A stretch of 64,000 nucleotides of DNA from Picochlorum sp. SENEW3 (taxonomy: Eukaryota). The DNA lies in the NCBI GenBank assembly GCA_034226945.1, contig CP120455.1, positions 1,178,001 to 1,242,000 of the forward strand, read 5' to 3'. A model generated the notes under the pieces. The model saw only the letters and a program-made list of their open reading frames with translations. It did no database searches and was not told the DNA's origin. The position numbers and the translations under genes were made by a program. How positions within the stretch are numbered: position 1 is the first letter of the stretch; the number at the start of each line of letters is the position of its first letter. Shown one piece after another: positions 11,030 through 23,465 of this stretch.

Positions 11030-13240
11030 TTATTGTTTCAATGATTTCAAATGCTTTTTGTACAATGAGACCTTTTGCTGGAGAGATGCAATTGCTGCGG
11101 CTCTTTCAATCAGAACATTTCCCAGTTCTTCCACGTACTCGTCCATGCCGATTGTGCTGTTGGTTGTCGGATCCGTCTTGGCCAACAAATCCATTTCCTG
11201 CCTGAGTCCAGCCATCATATTTTCAATATGCTGTCTATGGGCACATGCCAAATCGTCCTCGTACAAGAGTTCACTGTCAACGTTTGAGTCCAAGGGAGAG
11301 CAGTTCTCCGGTGTGCTATCAGAATACGTTGGCTCAACAGGGTATGTTGCCAACATGGACGGCCTTCCCCTGGAACTCTTGGGTATGACATCATCTCTTC
11401 CGTGCGTGATCGCAATGCTCTTTCGTGTCGATTTGCTGCGACTTCTTGACGTCTTTGGAGCCGTATCATCTGGGGGGACAATGCTTGATCTTCTGCTACT
11501 TCGAGCAGTTCGAGATCCATCACTGTTGGCATTTCCCCTGGTCGCTGTCGTGTTCACCGCAGGCACATCTGGCGCAGGGAGTTTAACCAATAATTTGGAA
11601 ACTGCATCCGGCGAGGTGGGCTTACTCCTGGCAGAAGGCTTTGCTTCCTTCTTCATCTCCTTCACCCGATCAGCGTACCGAAGAGTGTTCAAAGTGTGCT
11701 CACAAGAGCTCGAACTGGGGGAGATGTTTGCAATCATGACAGTTCGTGCATTCTTTCCGATGAATGAATCTCTCAGCACAGAAGTTAATTTTGATCCTCT
11801 GAAAGGAACATGACCAGCATCCATATCCAGTGCCCGAATGCATTCTTTCAGAGCCAGCAAGCTCTTGTTGATTTCTGCCCCCTCAATCCGCGTCTGCTTG
11901 TCGTTCTCGTATGTATCGGCCCCTCGCTCACTTCCAGCAAGATCAATAAATGAGAGCTTCCCTACAGTCTTCATTGGCACATTGTCGCTCTCCCCACCAT
12001 ACCTGGCACTAATTTTCCTATTATTCTTGGCAGCAATGGTCTCTTCTTTGGGTACGCGTATGGAAAAGGTCATGATTGAATGCGATCTTGAGGATTCATC
12101 ATTCGCTCCAGTGGATCCAGTGGATCTAGAGCAAGCAGCATGATCACAAAGCTTGGACAGATCCTCCAGAGTATCAACATGTATCTCCTTCAAGCCCACA
12201 ACCTGCACCCGTCGCTTGGCATCTTCCCGCACTTCCAGTCGTTGCCTATCATTCAGCAAATCGAAGACTTTTCCACCATAAATCTCGTAGCACGCAATAT
12301 GTAAAGATGCATCCTGAAACTCTGGAACAGTGCGAGAGATTTGGAAGATATCAACAGCTGCCCTCAAGGGCAGAGGCTGCATCGTATACGTCTTCCCAGA
12401 CCCAGTCTGTCCATATGCAAAGCAAGTACCCCTACCATACTTGAATACGGTCGCGATCAACGGCCTCACCGTCTGAGCATAGAGTGAGTCGTTATCCACA
12501 TCAGTATCAAACACATCATCAAACCGAAACTGATGCGTCTCAATATACTTTGTCATATCTACCTTGGTCTTTGGCTCATACACAGTCAGCACGGCACCAT
12601 CCGAGTCACATTGAATCACATCAATATCTCCCTTTTCGGCCTCTTTGTCATTCAGAGGTCTCTTCCTCACAATCACGCGAATCCGCGGAGGGTCAGTGAT
12701 ATGAGAGAGATTCAACAATGGCGCACCCACAACATCGTGCTCGTACTCACGACCCATCCTGTCTGGAGACGACGACAACAGTTCATCCCCTCGAACATCA
12801 TCCATCAACGCCCCAGCTTCATTCACAATGGTATTCAAACCTCCGTTATCATCATCCAGCAGGAACGAAGGATCCACGCTCAGATCAACCAAATCCACTC
12901 CATCCAAATCCTCCTCCTCCTCCGACACCACCTCCCCACCATCCACAGCGCGAGTAGCCACGACCTCGTCGTCCTTCTCCTCCTGTACAGCATCGCCGTC
13001 ACCATGTCGTGCCTGCTTCACGTGCAGGTCCACATACGTGTCCAGGTCCTTGACCACTTTGAACAACGCCTGTTTATCCTCGATATCATACACCCCATAC
13101 TTTTCATAGTCCTGAATCATCAATCCTCGAAATCGTTCCACATCCACCCCTCGAAATCCCTCCTTCAGGTGCTCCAACCCAGCTTCCGCCAAGACCCCTT
13201 GCACAACGCCACAGGTGCTTGACCTCTCTCCCATCGTCAT
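11030..13240 (-). CDS. Kinesin-13 (central motor, N-terminal SAM-like region)
   Basis: RIRVIVRKRPLN, KTKVDMTKY loop, YGQTGSGKT, SSRSH, FIDLAGSERGADT, HVPFRGSKLT. Confidence 0.92.
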   Translation of the reverse strand: MTMGERSSTCGVVQGVLAEAGLEHLKEGFRGVDVERFRGLMIQDYEKYGVYDIEDKQALFKVVKDLDTYVDLHVKQARHGDGDAVQEEKDDEVVATRAVDGGEVVSEEEEDLDGVDLVDLSVDPSFLLDDDNGGLNTIVNEAGALMDDVRGDELLSSSPDRMGREYEHDVVGAPLLNLSHITDPPRIRVIVRKRPLNDKEAEKGDIDVIQCDSDGAVLTVYEPKTKVDMTKYIETHQFRFDDVFDTDVDNDSLYAQTVRPLIATVFKYGRGTCFAYGQTGSGKTYTMQPLPLRAAVDIFQISRTVPEFQDASLHIACYEIYGGKVFDLLNDRQRLEVREDAKRRVQVVGLKEIHVDTLEDLSKLCDHAACSRSTGSTGANDESSRSHSIMTFSIRVPKEETIAAKNNRKISARYGGESDNVPMKTVGKLSFIDLAGSERGADTYENDKQTRIEGAEINKSLLALKECIRALDMDAGHVPFRGSKLTSVLRDSFIGKNARTVMIANISPSSSSCEHTLNTLRYADRVKEMKKEAKPSARSKPTSPDAVSKLLVKLPAPDVPAVNTTATRGNANSDGSRTARSSRRSSIVPPDDTAPKTSRSRSKSTRKSIAITHGRDDVIPKSSRGRPSMLATYPVEPTYSDSTPENCSPLDSNVDSELLYEDDLACAHRQHIENMMAGLRQEMDLLAKTDPTTNSTIGMDEYVEELGNVLIERAAAIASLQQKVSLYKKHLKSLKQ

Positions 13241-13622
13241 TTTTAGGCTATTGGATAGGATACATGAACTAATATATACACTATGAATCAACAAATCGAC
13301 GCCTGCGTCCTCTGCCACAGGTATACCGATGAATCTCCAACCGTCAACCTAAATCACGACCTTTGCCAACACAGCTGTTCACGTGGATTTTTAATGCTCG
13401 TTGGTATCTAAAATATATTTATAGTACACGGAATGTACTACTGGGCCTGGCTACTTGTCTCTCATGGCATGAGAAGGATTCTTCAAGAATTGAACAAGCT
13501 TCAATCTCTCATGAGATTGCCATGGGACCGTGTCTTCGGCTCGACACATACAATAGGTGACTGATGAGCGTGTTACATGGACTATGCAAAGCATTGATCT
13601 TTGCGAAACACATCTATAATGA

Positions 13623-14196
13623 TTAGATGGCAACAGCAACCATGGCTCCAACAACAGCAACCAAGGCTCCCTTCAACAACTGAGCAGAAGATGCAGCAGC
13701 CTCGGACTCAGGCACTGGCTCTGGACTGGTGGTTGTCGTTGAAGAAGAGGTGGATGATGAGGACTCGCTGGTCTCTTCAGAAGAAGAGGAAGAAGAAGAA
13801 GAAGACTCTTCTGAAATGACAGAGGCCGTATCTTCTGGCGTAGATACTTGAGTGGTCTTGATATAATCAGCATAGGTGGCCTCCTTTCCATCAATCTGCA
13901 TGTCATACATATTCATTCATTAGTATGATCAAGCCTCACACCACAGGTGTCGTCATCCTTCTCAATCTCATAACATCAATGTGACGTACCGTAACGAGAC
14001 ACTCCTTTCCTCCAGGGCATGAGCATGATATTCCATCGCCAAAGTTCTCGGTCACTCCTGATCCATCAGCGCAGTAGATGCACACTGGCTTTCCGTCTGA
14101 GGTGGTGGCCGTGTTGCTCCCCCTTGGGCACGCGGCAAGGGCAGATCCGAGACATGCAGCAGTTGCCAGGAGGAAGAGTAGTGCGTATTTGGCCAT
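13623..14196 (-). CDS. Small secreted Cys-rich protein with Ser/Thr-rich stalk and putative GPI-anchor signal
   Basis: Signal peptide, six Cys, intron ~13990-13897, S/T/E-rich stalk, hydrophobic C-terminus. Confidence 0.65.
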
Positions 14197-14352
14197 GATA
14201 TTCTTGAAGAATAATATTTCAATTGAGTTTTAGGAATATACTATAAAAAAGATGTGCTCCACCGAGCGTGTTGGAATGGATTGTCAAGGATTATGGCCAT
14301 GGCCATGATGAATCATCTGTTAATTAAACATTCGAATCGGCTTTGATTTTAC

Positions 14353-16960
14353 TTACTTGGTCAACAAATGAGACAAGAATTCGGTACATAATGTTGTCAT
14401 TGGAGGAAGTGCGTGTGATGGAGCATCAAAAAGTTTGGTGTGGGCAGGGAGAGTGGCACCCTTGAGCACAGGGCTGCTGTCGGTGGTGTGATGGCGTGCC
14501 TGTGAACCAAAAATCTGCTCATACCCACTATGCCTGGCAGCTCCCGCCTCTGCTGAGGGAGCTGCTGCGATCCCGTGATCTGCCAGAGATTGTACAATTT
14601 CTTCTATATCAGTGGTCTCTGGGGATATGGCCAAGCTGAACTCTCTGTCCTGAGAGAAGACAAGGAGGGGACTGCACCCTGGAATGGTGAGTGGCCTTGC
14701 ATGCTCGTATGGCCGCGTCTTTGGTGGGACGAAGGCTATTTCTGTTCTGCATCTAGATACATTTGACTGATCACACGCTGATCGAATGGACCGGTGGTCC
14801 TTTGGTGCGGAGGCTGGATTCAAGACTGCTGGCTTTTCCAGTGAGCTGTGCTGCCTGCGAATCATCCATGCTGCCCTTGGGTGGTCATCCTCTCCATGGA
14901 ACAGTAGCACTGCGCCAGAAGCATACTGTTCCTTCGCCATGGGCCCTTTACATACGTCATTTCCCATGACGATGGCCCAGTGTTGTGAATATGGGTCGGG
15001 GGCGACCGTGCAGATGTTGCTGATGTCTGCCGACCACACAATGCTCATGGACAGGACATTGTACACTGCAATGCCATGCTGGCAGACAAACACGAGTGTC
15101 GGTGAGTCTGGCAGGAAGAATAATGAGTCCCGCTGTAAGGAGTTGGATTTTTCTGGCGCATCGTGACAAGCAAAGGCAGGAGGAAGTTCCCCAATGAAGG
15201 CGCATGTTGCCGTGTCCCAGAGAGACACGCCTCCTGATGCGTGTTGTGCACCAGACACTGCGACCACGGTGCCGTCCATGGAGAATGCAATACTCGTCAG
15301 GGGATCTCCTCTATGTCCTGGAATCATTGCTATTTTTCTCCATGCACGAATGCGCCCCTGTCCGGAAGACTCTGTCTCATGAGTGCCCCATAGTGCAAAC
15401 TCCCCAGAGCTGCTCGAGGTGCCAACAATATCCAGGCTTGGGTTGATCGCGACGCCAGTGATGGCATGCGTGCCTGAGGATGATCTATGTGGATTTTCTG
15501 ATATGGTATTCAACGTATATGGGGCACCATACTGCCTGGACTCGTCGGGCACCCTGTCCCAGAATTTCATGATATTAGCAGTACTCGATGCTCCAGATGC
15601 ATCGGGCTTGCTTTCTACTGTCACAAGAAGACTGGCATCCTGGCTAAATGCAAGGCACTGTACATCCGCGTCCATAGATGTCAAACTCAACTCTTTCTCA
15701 TGGCTTTCCGACATGGAGACAATATTTCTCCTTGATAGCTGCAATCTATCAACATGGACATCTTTGTACACATCATAAAACTGCAACACAGCATGAGGGC
15801 CCACAACCACAGCATTCCCGGTATGGGATTCGAAAACAGCTGCAGGGTGCCCAGGTACATCTGGCAAGGGGCGCACACCGTGAATCGACGAGTCGATGAC
15901 CATGGAAGCAGTATTGACAATGCGGATGGTGTTATCCAACTGGCGAAGGCAGTACTTTGCTGGATCCATCCTGCAGGAAGAGATGCCAGTCAGTGGACCT
16001 CCAAGCCTTGGCAAATATGCCCTCGACCCCGAACGCACGTCCCACAGCACCAGGACTGCCTCTTGCCCGCCAGAAAGGATGTATTTTCCATCCATACTAA
16101 AGGACACACAACCCACCGGATGGGCATGCCAATGCACCGTGGCTGCAGGAGGCTCCACATATGCCCATGGCCTCTCGTCATTTTCCTCCTCTTCACCTTG
16201 CATACTTCGGAGCGTCAAAGCCTCTTGCACATCATGCCAAATCAGAATCCTTCCGCTCACATCCCCCGCAGCAACCTTGGTCCCATCAGGGCTCACAGCA
16301 ACACATGTGAATGCCTTGGTATGATGCAGAGCCAGGGGCGACTTGCTCCCAAATGACTTTGTATCCCATACAAGAATAGTATGTCTATCATGTGTCGCTA
16401 TGATTGGATTCTGTGCAGAACTATGAGAAGACACCACTTGCCTTGGTGTCGACAGTTTTACCCTCACCTCTTTGGCCTCCCCCTCCACAAAATCAAACGC
16501 AAGAGCCCTACCAGCCTCCTCTCCCCTCCAAAAACAACTCATATACGCCATATCCCCCACCACAGTCATACTCTCTATCGGAAGGTGTTGAGGAATTTCC
16601 CAAGTGGATGAGCATGTCCCGTCGTCTAGATTCCACAGCTTGACCGTCCCATCCCTCGAGCAGGAATATACCTACATATAATATTACGTGTTCATCATTA
16701 AGAACGGGACAGATCAGCCATCGATGCAATGATACACCCCCGAATGCATGTTTGTTCCGCACCTTGTCATCTACATATGGATGCATGCACACCCCAGTCA
16801 CCTCATCTGCATGCCCTTTCATCTCAAAAACAAATTCTCCAGACAATGCACTGTATACTCGTATTCGTTCGGCATTACAGACGACCACCAACTCTCCACT
16901 GTGGGTCAGAGTGTTTGGTCGCCTGGTAAGCTGTCCACCACCTATCCGAGGCAATACCAT
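14353..16960 (-). CDS. UTP17: WD40 protein WDR75/UTP17/NAN1 (t-UTP complex)
   Basis: HWHAHPV, SGGQEAVLVLW, YLPRLG motifs, C-terminal FDAPSHALPP; intron(s) in the 5' part. Confidence 0.85.
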
Positions 16961-17184
16961 GTTATTTCTACTTTATTATGAAATATAGAGTCTTCATGGG
17001 ACAGTTTCTTGTCAACATCACCCACTGAATGGGCCGCAGCATGCAACTTGTTTCTTATTTCGAATGCAAAAATTGTAGAATGCCGTTTCTTGCTCAAATA
17101 CTCCATGCCTTGTTCCATTATTGCATAGAATTTTTTCTTAAAATTTCAGAACAATTGTATTGGCATTCATTCGTGCGCTGCGTC

Positions 17185-19331
17185 ATGGTTGCCAGAGGAA
17201 GAAGACGTAAATCTGCAAATACGGCAAGGTACGGAGTGTTTCAGTGCTTGCATGCTTCTACATTCGAATGGTATCATTTAATATGTTTGACACATGGTGC
17301 AGCTCCCTGTTTCGGTGGGGTCCAATTCCGGAGGCCGGGCAGCAGGTGAAGGCCGAGTCTGTCGTGAACGCGGAAGACCGGGGCCGGAAGCGTAAGAAGA
17401 AGCGCAAATCTCGATGGGAGCCTATTGAAGAAAGTAATGATGCAGCGAGTACTGGTGGACAGGCGAATGGGAAGGAAATTATGCTGTTTCCTGGTGAGAT
17501 TGTGCTCTCAAATGGGATCAAGGTTGTTCTTCCGCCTGCTCTGACGGGGCGACATGTATCTGGGGATCCAGAAATAGTGCGTATGCACCAAGAGTTGGCA
17601 GAGATTGATAGGAAAATTAGGCAAGGGGTGGAGGATACGAGGCCAGAGCATGAGCGATCGCCAAGTCCTCCTCCAATTTATGACTCTCAGGGTGTGCGGT
17701 TAAATACGAGGGAGGTGCGGATGAAGGAGAAGCTTACGAGAAAGCGTAATGAGATGATTGAAGAGCTTTTGAAACGGGATGAGACATTTAAACCGCCAGC
17801 AGACTACAGGCCAGAGAAGAAATCTCGGAAAATATTCATTCCATACAAAGAATACCCTGATGCGAATTTTATTGGATTGATCATCGGTCCTCGAGGTAAC
17901 ACGCAAAAGAGGATGCAAGAGGAGACGAATACCAGAATCGCCATTCGCGGAAAGGGAAGTGTGAAGGATGGAGCATCTAGGGCTCAAAAGTACTCGAGTC
18001 AGGATGATGAAGAGTTGCATGTTCTCATCACAGGAGATCGACAGGAGGATGTCGACAAGGCTGCAGAAATGATTGAGAAATTGTTAGTTCCTGTAGATGA
18101 AGAGCTCAACGAGCATAAAAAGGCTCAGTTGAGAGAACTGGCACTGATCAATGGAACTCTGAAAGAAGACACGGGCTGTCATTTATGTGGAGATCCTGGA
18201 CACAGGCAGATAGACTGCCCACAGAAGCAACTGGACGTTTATAGATTACCTGATGCTATTCAAGAAAAGGTTGAAGAGCAATATGCTCGAGATTTGGCTC
18301 GAATGAATCCTGGGGAGGCTCTGAAGAATGACGAAGAGTATAAGAGCTTTATGGAGTCTCTAGGAGGCACCGACCCTCGAGCCCAAACGACAGGAGCGAA
18401 TCGCGTTGGATTAGGATATAATAATAAAAATCATGGGCCCGATACTTTGAAAGTTTGGATTGGCAATCTATCTCCCAGTGTTGACGATGCCACCTTGAAA
18501 GCCATGTTTGAACCATTTGGCACTGTGACTCTTGCTCAAGTGAAGCAGGACTCGTCAGGCGGGGATAGATGTTTTGGCTTTGTTCACTTCACTGAAGAGA
18601 GTATGGCTGCCAAGGCTGTCGAGGCGATGAATGGCAAAATGGTCCATGATAGACAGATTGCTGTTAGACAAAAGGGAGTTTTCGAGAAGAGGAGAAGGCA
18701 GCCAGAAGATGACCATCCTCCTGATTGCAAGTTGTTTGTTTCTGGTATTCCACCTCATATTGATGGTGTTACACTACAGAGAGAATTTGAACGATGCGGG
18801 CAGGTCTTATCGGCAAAAGTTGTGTATGATAGGGAGACTCATGCCTCCAAGGGATTTGGATTTGTAGTCATGGGGGATCCAAGGCAGGCAATGGCTGCCA
18901 TTGCTAATATGAACGGTTTTCTTGGATTTGATCCCATGGGACGTCCACTCGTAGTCAGGCTAGCAGACAATAGAGACCGTTCGTCCTCTGGACGTGCAGC
19001 CTTTGGCAGAGAGCCTCAAGGTGGATACCATGCAGTGCCCCCACAACAACCAGTATATGGAGGGTATGGGCAGCCAGGATACCCTGTGTCTGGCTATGCT
19101 CCTCAGCAAACGTACATGGTGGATCAGTACCAATATGGCCAGTACTACGAGCAGCCTCCACCCCTGCCTGAGGAAGAATTGCCCCCACCACCACCGATGC
19201 CAGAGGAGGAACCTCCGCCATTGCCAGAGGAGGAGCCACCTCCTCCGCCTCCTCCAGAGGAAGGGGGCCCAAATGAAAGTAACGTTCAAAGTGAGTACGA
19301 AAAGTTCATGGCAGAAATGGGAGGAAATTAA
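17185..19331 (+). CDS. SF1: Splicing factor 1 / branchpoint-binding protein (KH-QUA2, Zn knuckle, two RRMs)
   Basis: RKSRW ULM, RSPSPPPIYD, NFIGLIIGPRGNT, CHLCGDPGH; probable intron 17229-17302. Confidence 0.92.
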
Positions 19332-19347
19332 TTGCATTGTTGTTGTT

Positions 19348-21376
19348 TTAAATATGTTCTACCCCTCTTGCAAAAACTTGAATCACGCCGCGGTGCGTTT
19401 CCGCCACAATACCATTTGATTTCATCAATTCTCCATCAATATTCCATGTGCTGTTCTCCTCTGTATTTCGTGAATGCGTGATCTTCACTGCAACAGCATG
19501 CACAACATCAACAAACTCACTGCTTGTTCCAGCCTCCAGCCCGTTGGAGGATAAGCTCATCAAAAACCTCAAATATTGCCATCGCGAGCACCTCTTCACC
19601 ATCACAAGGTGAATATTACCGTCGCTCAAGTGGCCATACTTGGCAACTCCCTTGGACGACTTTTCAGATCGGCATGGCATGATGACCAGCATGATTCCAG
19701 CATAATCTCCTTCAACTACCTTCCACTCCTCGGGAAGTCGGGTCAGACTTTCTTTTGCGTGATATGAAAAACTCTTATTTGCCGAGTTTAATCTACTATG
19801 TGAGGATTGAGAGCAAATCAAGCAGTTGCTTGTGCACACACGAGATGATAGGCTTGGGTGGTCCTGCATTGAGCAACGACACAAAAGTTTGATAACATAC
19901 CTCTCCTAATATTAAGCTACATCTCACAACGTACCTCTGGGGCTGGTAGATATTCTATTCGCGCATGGTATGACCTATTAGCCGCCAACATTCTGGCACC
20001 AACAATTTCATACCGCACAGGACCCATCCACCTCACCTTCTCACTGGCTTCCATCAGATCACCCATGAAACCGTAACTAGCCATACTAACCGCAAATTCT
20101 GTCTTTCCTTCCTCTGAGTCTATTCGAAGAACATCCAACGGCACACCGTCACCAAGGGCAACATGCATGGCTGCAGTGAATGCAGATCGTGTCCCATTGA
20201 GCGTGCATGCAACTGCATCCGTTGACCCCGCTGGAATATGGCCGACTCGTATCTTGCTTGCAACATGAGACGATTCCCCTTGTCTCGATCGAATTTCTAA
20301 CAATGCATTCACTATTTCATGAAATAAACCATCCCCGCCCACAGCAACAATGCCATCCAATTGCTCCAACTCTGGTATTGACAAATTTGCAATCGTTTCC
20401 CGAGCATCTCCACTGCATTTCGTGACCAACGGAGATGCCTTTATCCCAGATCTAGTAAACACCGGGGCCACTACCTCATCATACACGGAGGAGGCCTTCT
20501 TCTTCCCACCAAAGGGATTTATCAATACCAACAACACCTTTGGGCGGCGATCAGAAACTTTGGCGAGAGACTCGTCGATTCCCTGCTTCCACGATTCAAT
20601 CAATTTCTCGGCTGGACTACAAAACACTATTGTTCTAGGCAGCCACACAGATGGCTTGCTTGCTGCCCGTGCAAATGAATACACATGCAGTTCATAGACA
20701 TTCTCTGCAAATGGAGATCCCAACCATCTCGACTTTCGCTGCCCCTTCAACTCTGTAGAGACAATCTCACTAAATGGAATATCCTCGTTCCCAACCCCCA
20801 AACAGCACGACACCAATGAACCATTGCCATTATACTTGATAAACACAGACTCGCTCGTCAGACTCACACTTGCAGCTCTCCCATCCACACACATCTTCAC
20901 ACCCCCTCTGAAAGAAGTACCAGAAGATTTCTGTACAGAAAGTGTCCCAATTGGAGACCCCAAGGTGCATGCATCGTCATGTGACTGGGAAGTGGGAGAC
21001 AGGCCATCCAATCTTCCTCCAGGACCATGCTCGGAACCGGGCTCAGGCAAGCTCTTCGCCTCTGACCTACATGTATGAAGTAAACCCATTCCAATTAAGA
21101 ACGACTACGGAACGCAACACCCACCCACGTGCGACACAATAAAACACTGTAGACAAAATAGACGTACAAATGTGTCTGTATCCTCTGAGATCGTCTTGTC
21201 AACAGTTTTGGGGGTGAGACAAAATATGAATTCGTATCCGAGTCCCCAGGAAGCAATAAGGACGGACTTGATGCGCTATTCACGCTCTTCATCGGAGACC
21301 CGACAACCTGCTGGTCATCGCTCGGCAGATCTTCTTCGTTAATCAAAGGAACTAACGAAGCCTTTTTCTTATGCAT
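19348..21376 (-). CDS. CERK: Ceramide kinase (DAGK catalytic domain)
   Basis: LVLINPFGGK, VGGDGLFHE, IPAGSTDA, GPVRY, CxxxCxxC (CTSNCLIC), WNIDGE; introns. Confidence 0.85.
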
Positions 21377-21404
21377 TATTCATTTCTTAAACCAATAAAT
21401 ATTT

Positions 21405-22616
21405 TTAGAATGCGAGTGACCACGCCTTCGAGGCTCCTGAATCCCCCTCTTCTCGGAGGGCGTCCTCTGATGCTCTCAAAAAGCAAGGGCCATAGACATT
21501 GGCCACTTCCAGTCTCGCTTTGGTCGTTGCCCCGATGATGGGGTCGGATTGAGTTCTCTTCATAGTTTGGATCTGAGGGGCTTTGCTACATGCCGGAGAC
21601 CACCCCAAGGCATTGCAAGATTCTCGTTGCAAGAGCAGTGTTTGCTTCACAGTATCATATGTGTTCACGGCAGTGGAATGAAATCCTTGTTCTAATCTCG
21701 CCATGAGAGCCCGTCTCGTAGATTCATATGGCACACGAGACTTGAATATATCAGGAGGCCGATCTATCATCGAATTTCGTATCGCAGCCCTCTCCTCCAT
21801 TGCCTTGGCAATGCCAGGAGCCTTCTCATAACTCTCTGGGCAGACATCTAAAATGTGCGCTCCTGGCCCGTCCACCCCCCTCACCGCCAACTCCCTCATC
21901 TCCTGATGACTGGAGCAATAAAAGCAGAAGAAATGTACGAGGAAATCGTCAATGCCCGGGGGTAAGCAAAACGCTGATGGCAGTTGATACCTCCTCCTGA
22001 GCTTTTCCCTCGAGTGACACGAATACCAAGCGCCAAAATTGCAGCCTAAATTTCCGCACAGGCTGAACACCTGACCTATCCCACAGGAAAGCACGCAGGA
22101 CATGCCGCAGTACAGCCCAAACAGAGCCCTGATATCAGATAGATACCCATGGCGACCAACCTCATACACTGGCATGACATACTCCTTCCCTAGTGCCCCA
22201 GAGTACGTCGCTCTAGCCCAGCGCATCTGCCTAAAACCCGTAAACAAGCACTCATTCCACGTCCTCCCGAACCACACACCTCGCCATGCGAACGGATTGA
22301 GCCTGAACGAGTCCCAACAAGGAACATGCACAGCATGTTTCACATACTTTGCCTTCGGATTCCACATTTCCAACAACCCAAACGTCCACCTCTTCTCTTT
22401 AACGTGCGATTTGTATGCTTCCACAACATCATCAATCGATGGAGGCGTTGAATCCCTGAAATCACTGTGCCTCTTTGGAAATTTCTTCCTCAACTCTGGT
22501 TCAGGACTCCAATAGCTGATCCATGACGACGTCACCACCCCCAGAATAGAATCCCATATCCATTCACAAATAGTAGGTGCTGTCGTAGCAGCAGTATCCC
22601 CATCCGTTTCGGACAT
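21405..22616 (-). CDS. PLAC8-domain Cys-rich membrane protein
   Basis: WTFGL, 'REKLRRRYQLP', 'DDFLVHFFCFYCSSHQEMREL'. Confidence 0.75.
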   Translation of the reverse strand: MSETDGDTAATTAPTICEWIWDSILGVVTSSWISYWSPEPELRKKFPKRHSDFRDSTPPSIDDVVEAYKSHVKEKRWTFGLLEMWNPKAKYVKHAVHVPCWDSFRLNPFAWRGVWFGRTWNECLFTGFRQMRWARATYSGALGKEYVMPVYEVGRHGYLSDIRALFGLYCGMSCVLSCGIGQVFSLCGNLGCNFGAWYSCHSREKLRRRYQLPSAFCLPPGIDDFLVHFFCFYCSSHQEMRELAVRGVDGPGAHILDVCPESYEKAPGIAKAMEERAAIRNSMIDRPPDIFKSRVPYESTRRALMARLEQGFHSTAVNTYDTVKQTLLLQRESCNALGWSPACSKAPQIQTMKRTQSDPIIGATTKARLEVANVYGPCFLRASEDALREEGDSGASKAWSLAF

Positions 22617-22894
22617 GGCGTAACTGACTCTCGTCTAGTCTCAAACGCACTTTATTCTGCACATGGGCATCCATCCATCTCTTTGTCCCAATATATCTAA
22701 AATTTCGAATGAAATGTACGGGTCTATGCTTGAGCAATGTTAGCTCAGATCTGGGCAGAGCCAATCTCTGGGGCTTTCCATCGCAAGCAAGGCCTGCTGA
22801 CGGCATTTCTTTTGTTTTATTTATTCTTGAAACATGGCATGTCAGCATTGGCAGGGTTCTGTTCACGTATATATAGTGATATAATAATATTGCC

Positions 22895-23437
22895 ATGGGA
22901 GGGATAGCTGCCCTATGGTTGTTGGGTACTCTGTTGCCCTTTGGTTGGAGGAACAAGGGAGGGCTGGTGACGGAGTGTTTGGCACAGGGTGTCGATATAA
23001 AAGTGCCGCTTCCAGTCATTGATGATATTTTTGGGGATGATGAAACGGATCTAGAGCATCGATGGTGGTTTTGGGTTGTGATTGGTATCATTGCGAGCTT
23101 TTTTATTGTGGCAGTGTTTTTCACTTGGAGAGGGTTTCGTCGGTATAGACTGCACCAGAAGAGCGAGATGGAGCATCAACAGACACAGAGTCACGAGGGG
23201 ATGCTGGGCTCACGGTTTAGTGCGTCGTTTCTAAAACGGGCGTCGCAGGGTATTGTAGGGGCGAGTGCGAGGCCGATCGTTGTGGTTGATCTAGAAGAGG
23301 ATTCTTGTACAGACAAGCAAGACTTGGCTCGCCGCTCTGCCATGGTGGGCCCCAAAGGGTCCGACATCGGTGTTTCTGCGAACGTGACGAAATCGTTGAA
23401 GAAAATTAATCCTAGATATGCTGTTACTGATAATTAA
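22895..23437 (+). CDS. Hypothetical single-pass membrane protein
   Basis: Signal-like N-terminus, TM WWFWVVIGIIASFFIVAVFF followed by basic residues. Confidence 0.55.
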   Translation: MGGIAALWLLGTLLPFGWRNKGGLVTECLAQGVDIKVPLPVIDDIFGDDETDLEHRWWFWVVIGIIASFFIVAVFFTWRGFRRYRLHQKSEMEHQQTQSHEGMLGSRFSASFLKRASQGIVGASARPIVVVDLEEDSCTDKQDLARRSAMVGPKGSDIGVSANVTKSLKKINPRYAVTDN

Positions 23438-23465
23438 TTACATTTAGTTAAGAAGAGGAATGATT

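Noticed and set aside
10623..13240. LC8 plus kinesin-13 as evidence of flagella
   Set aside because: Both families are also kept in non-flagellated plants and algae.
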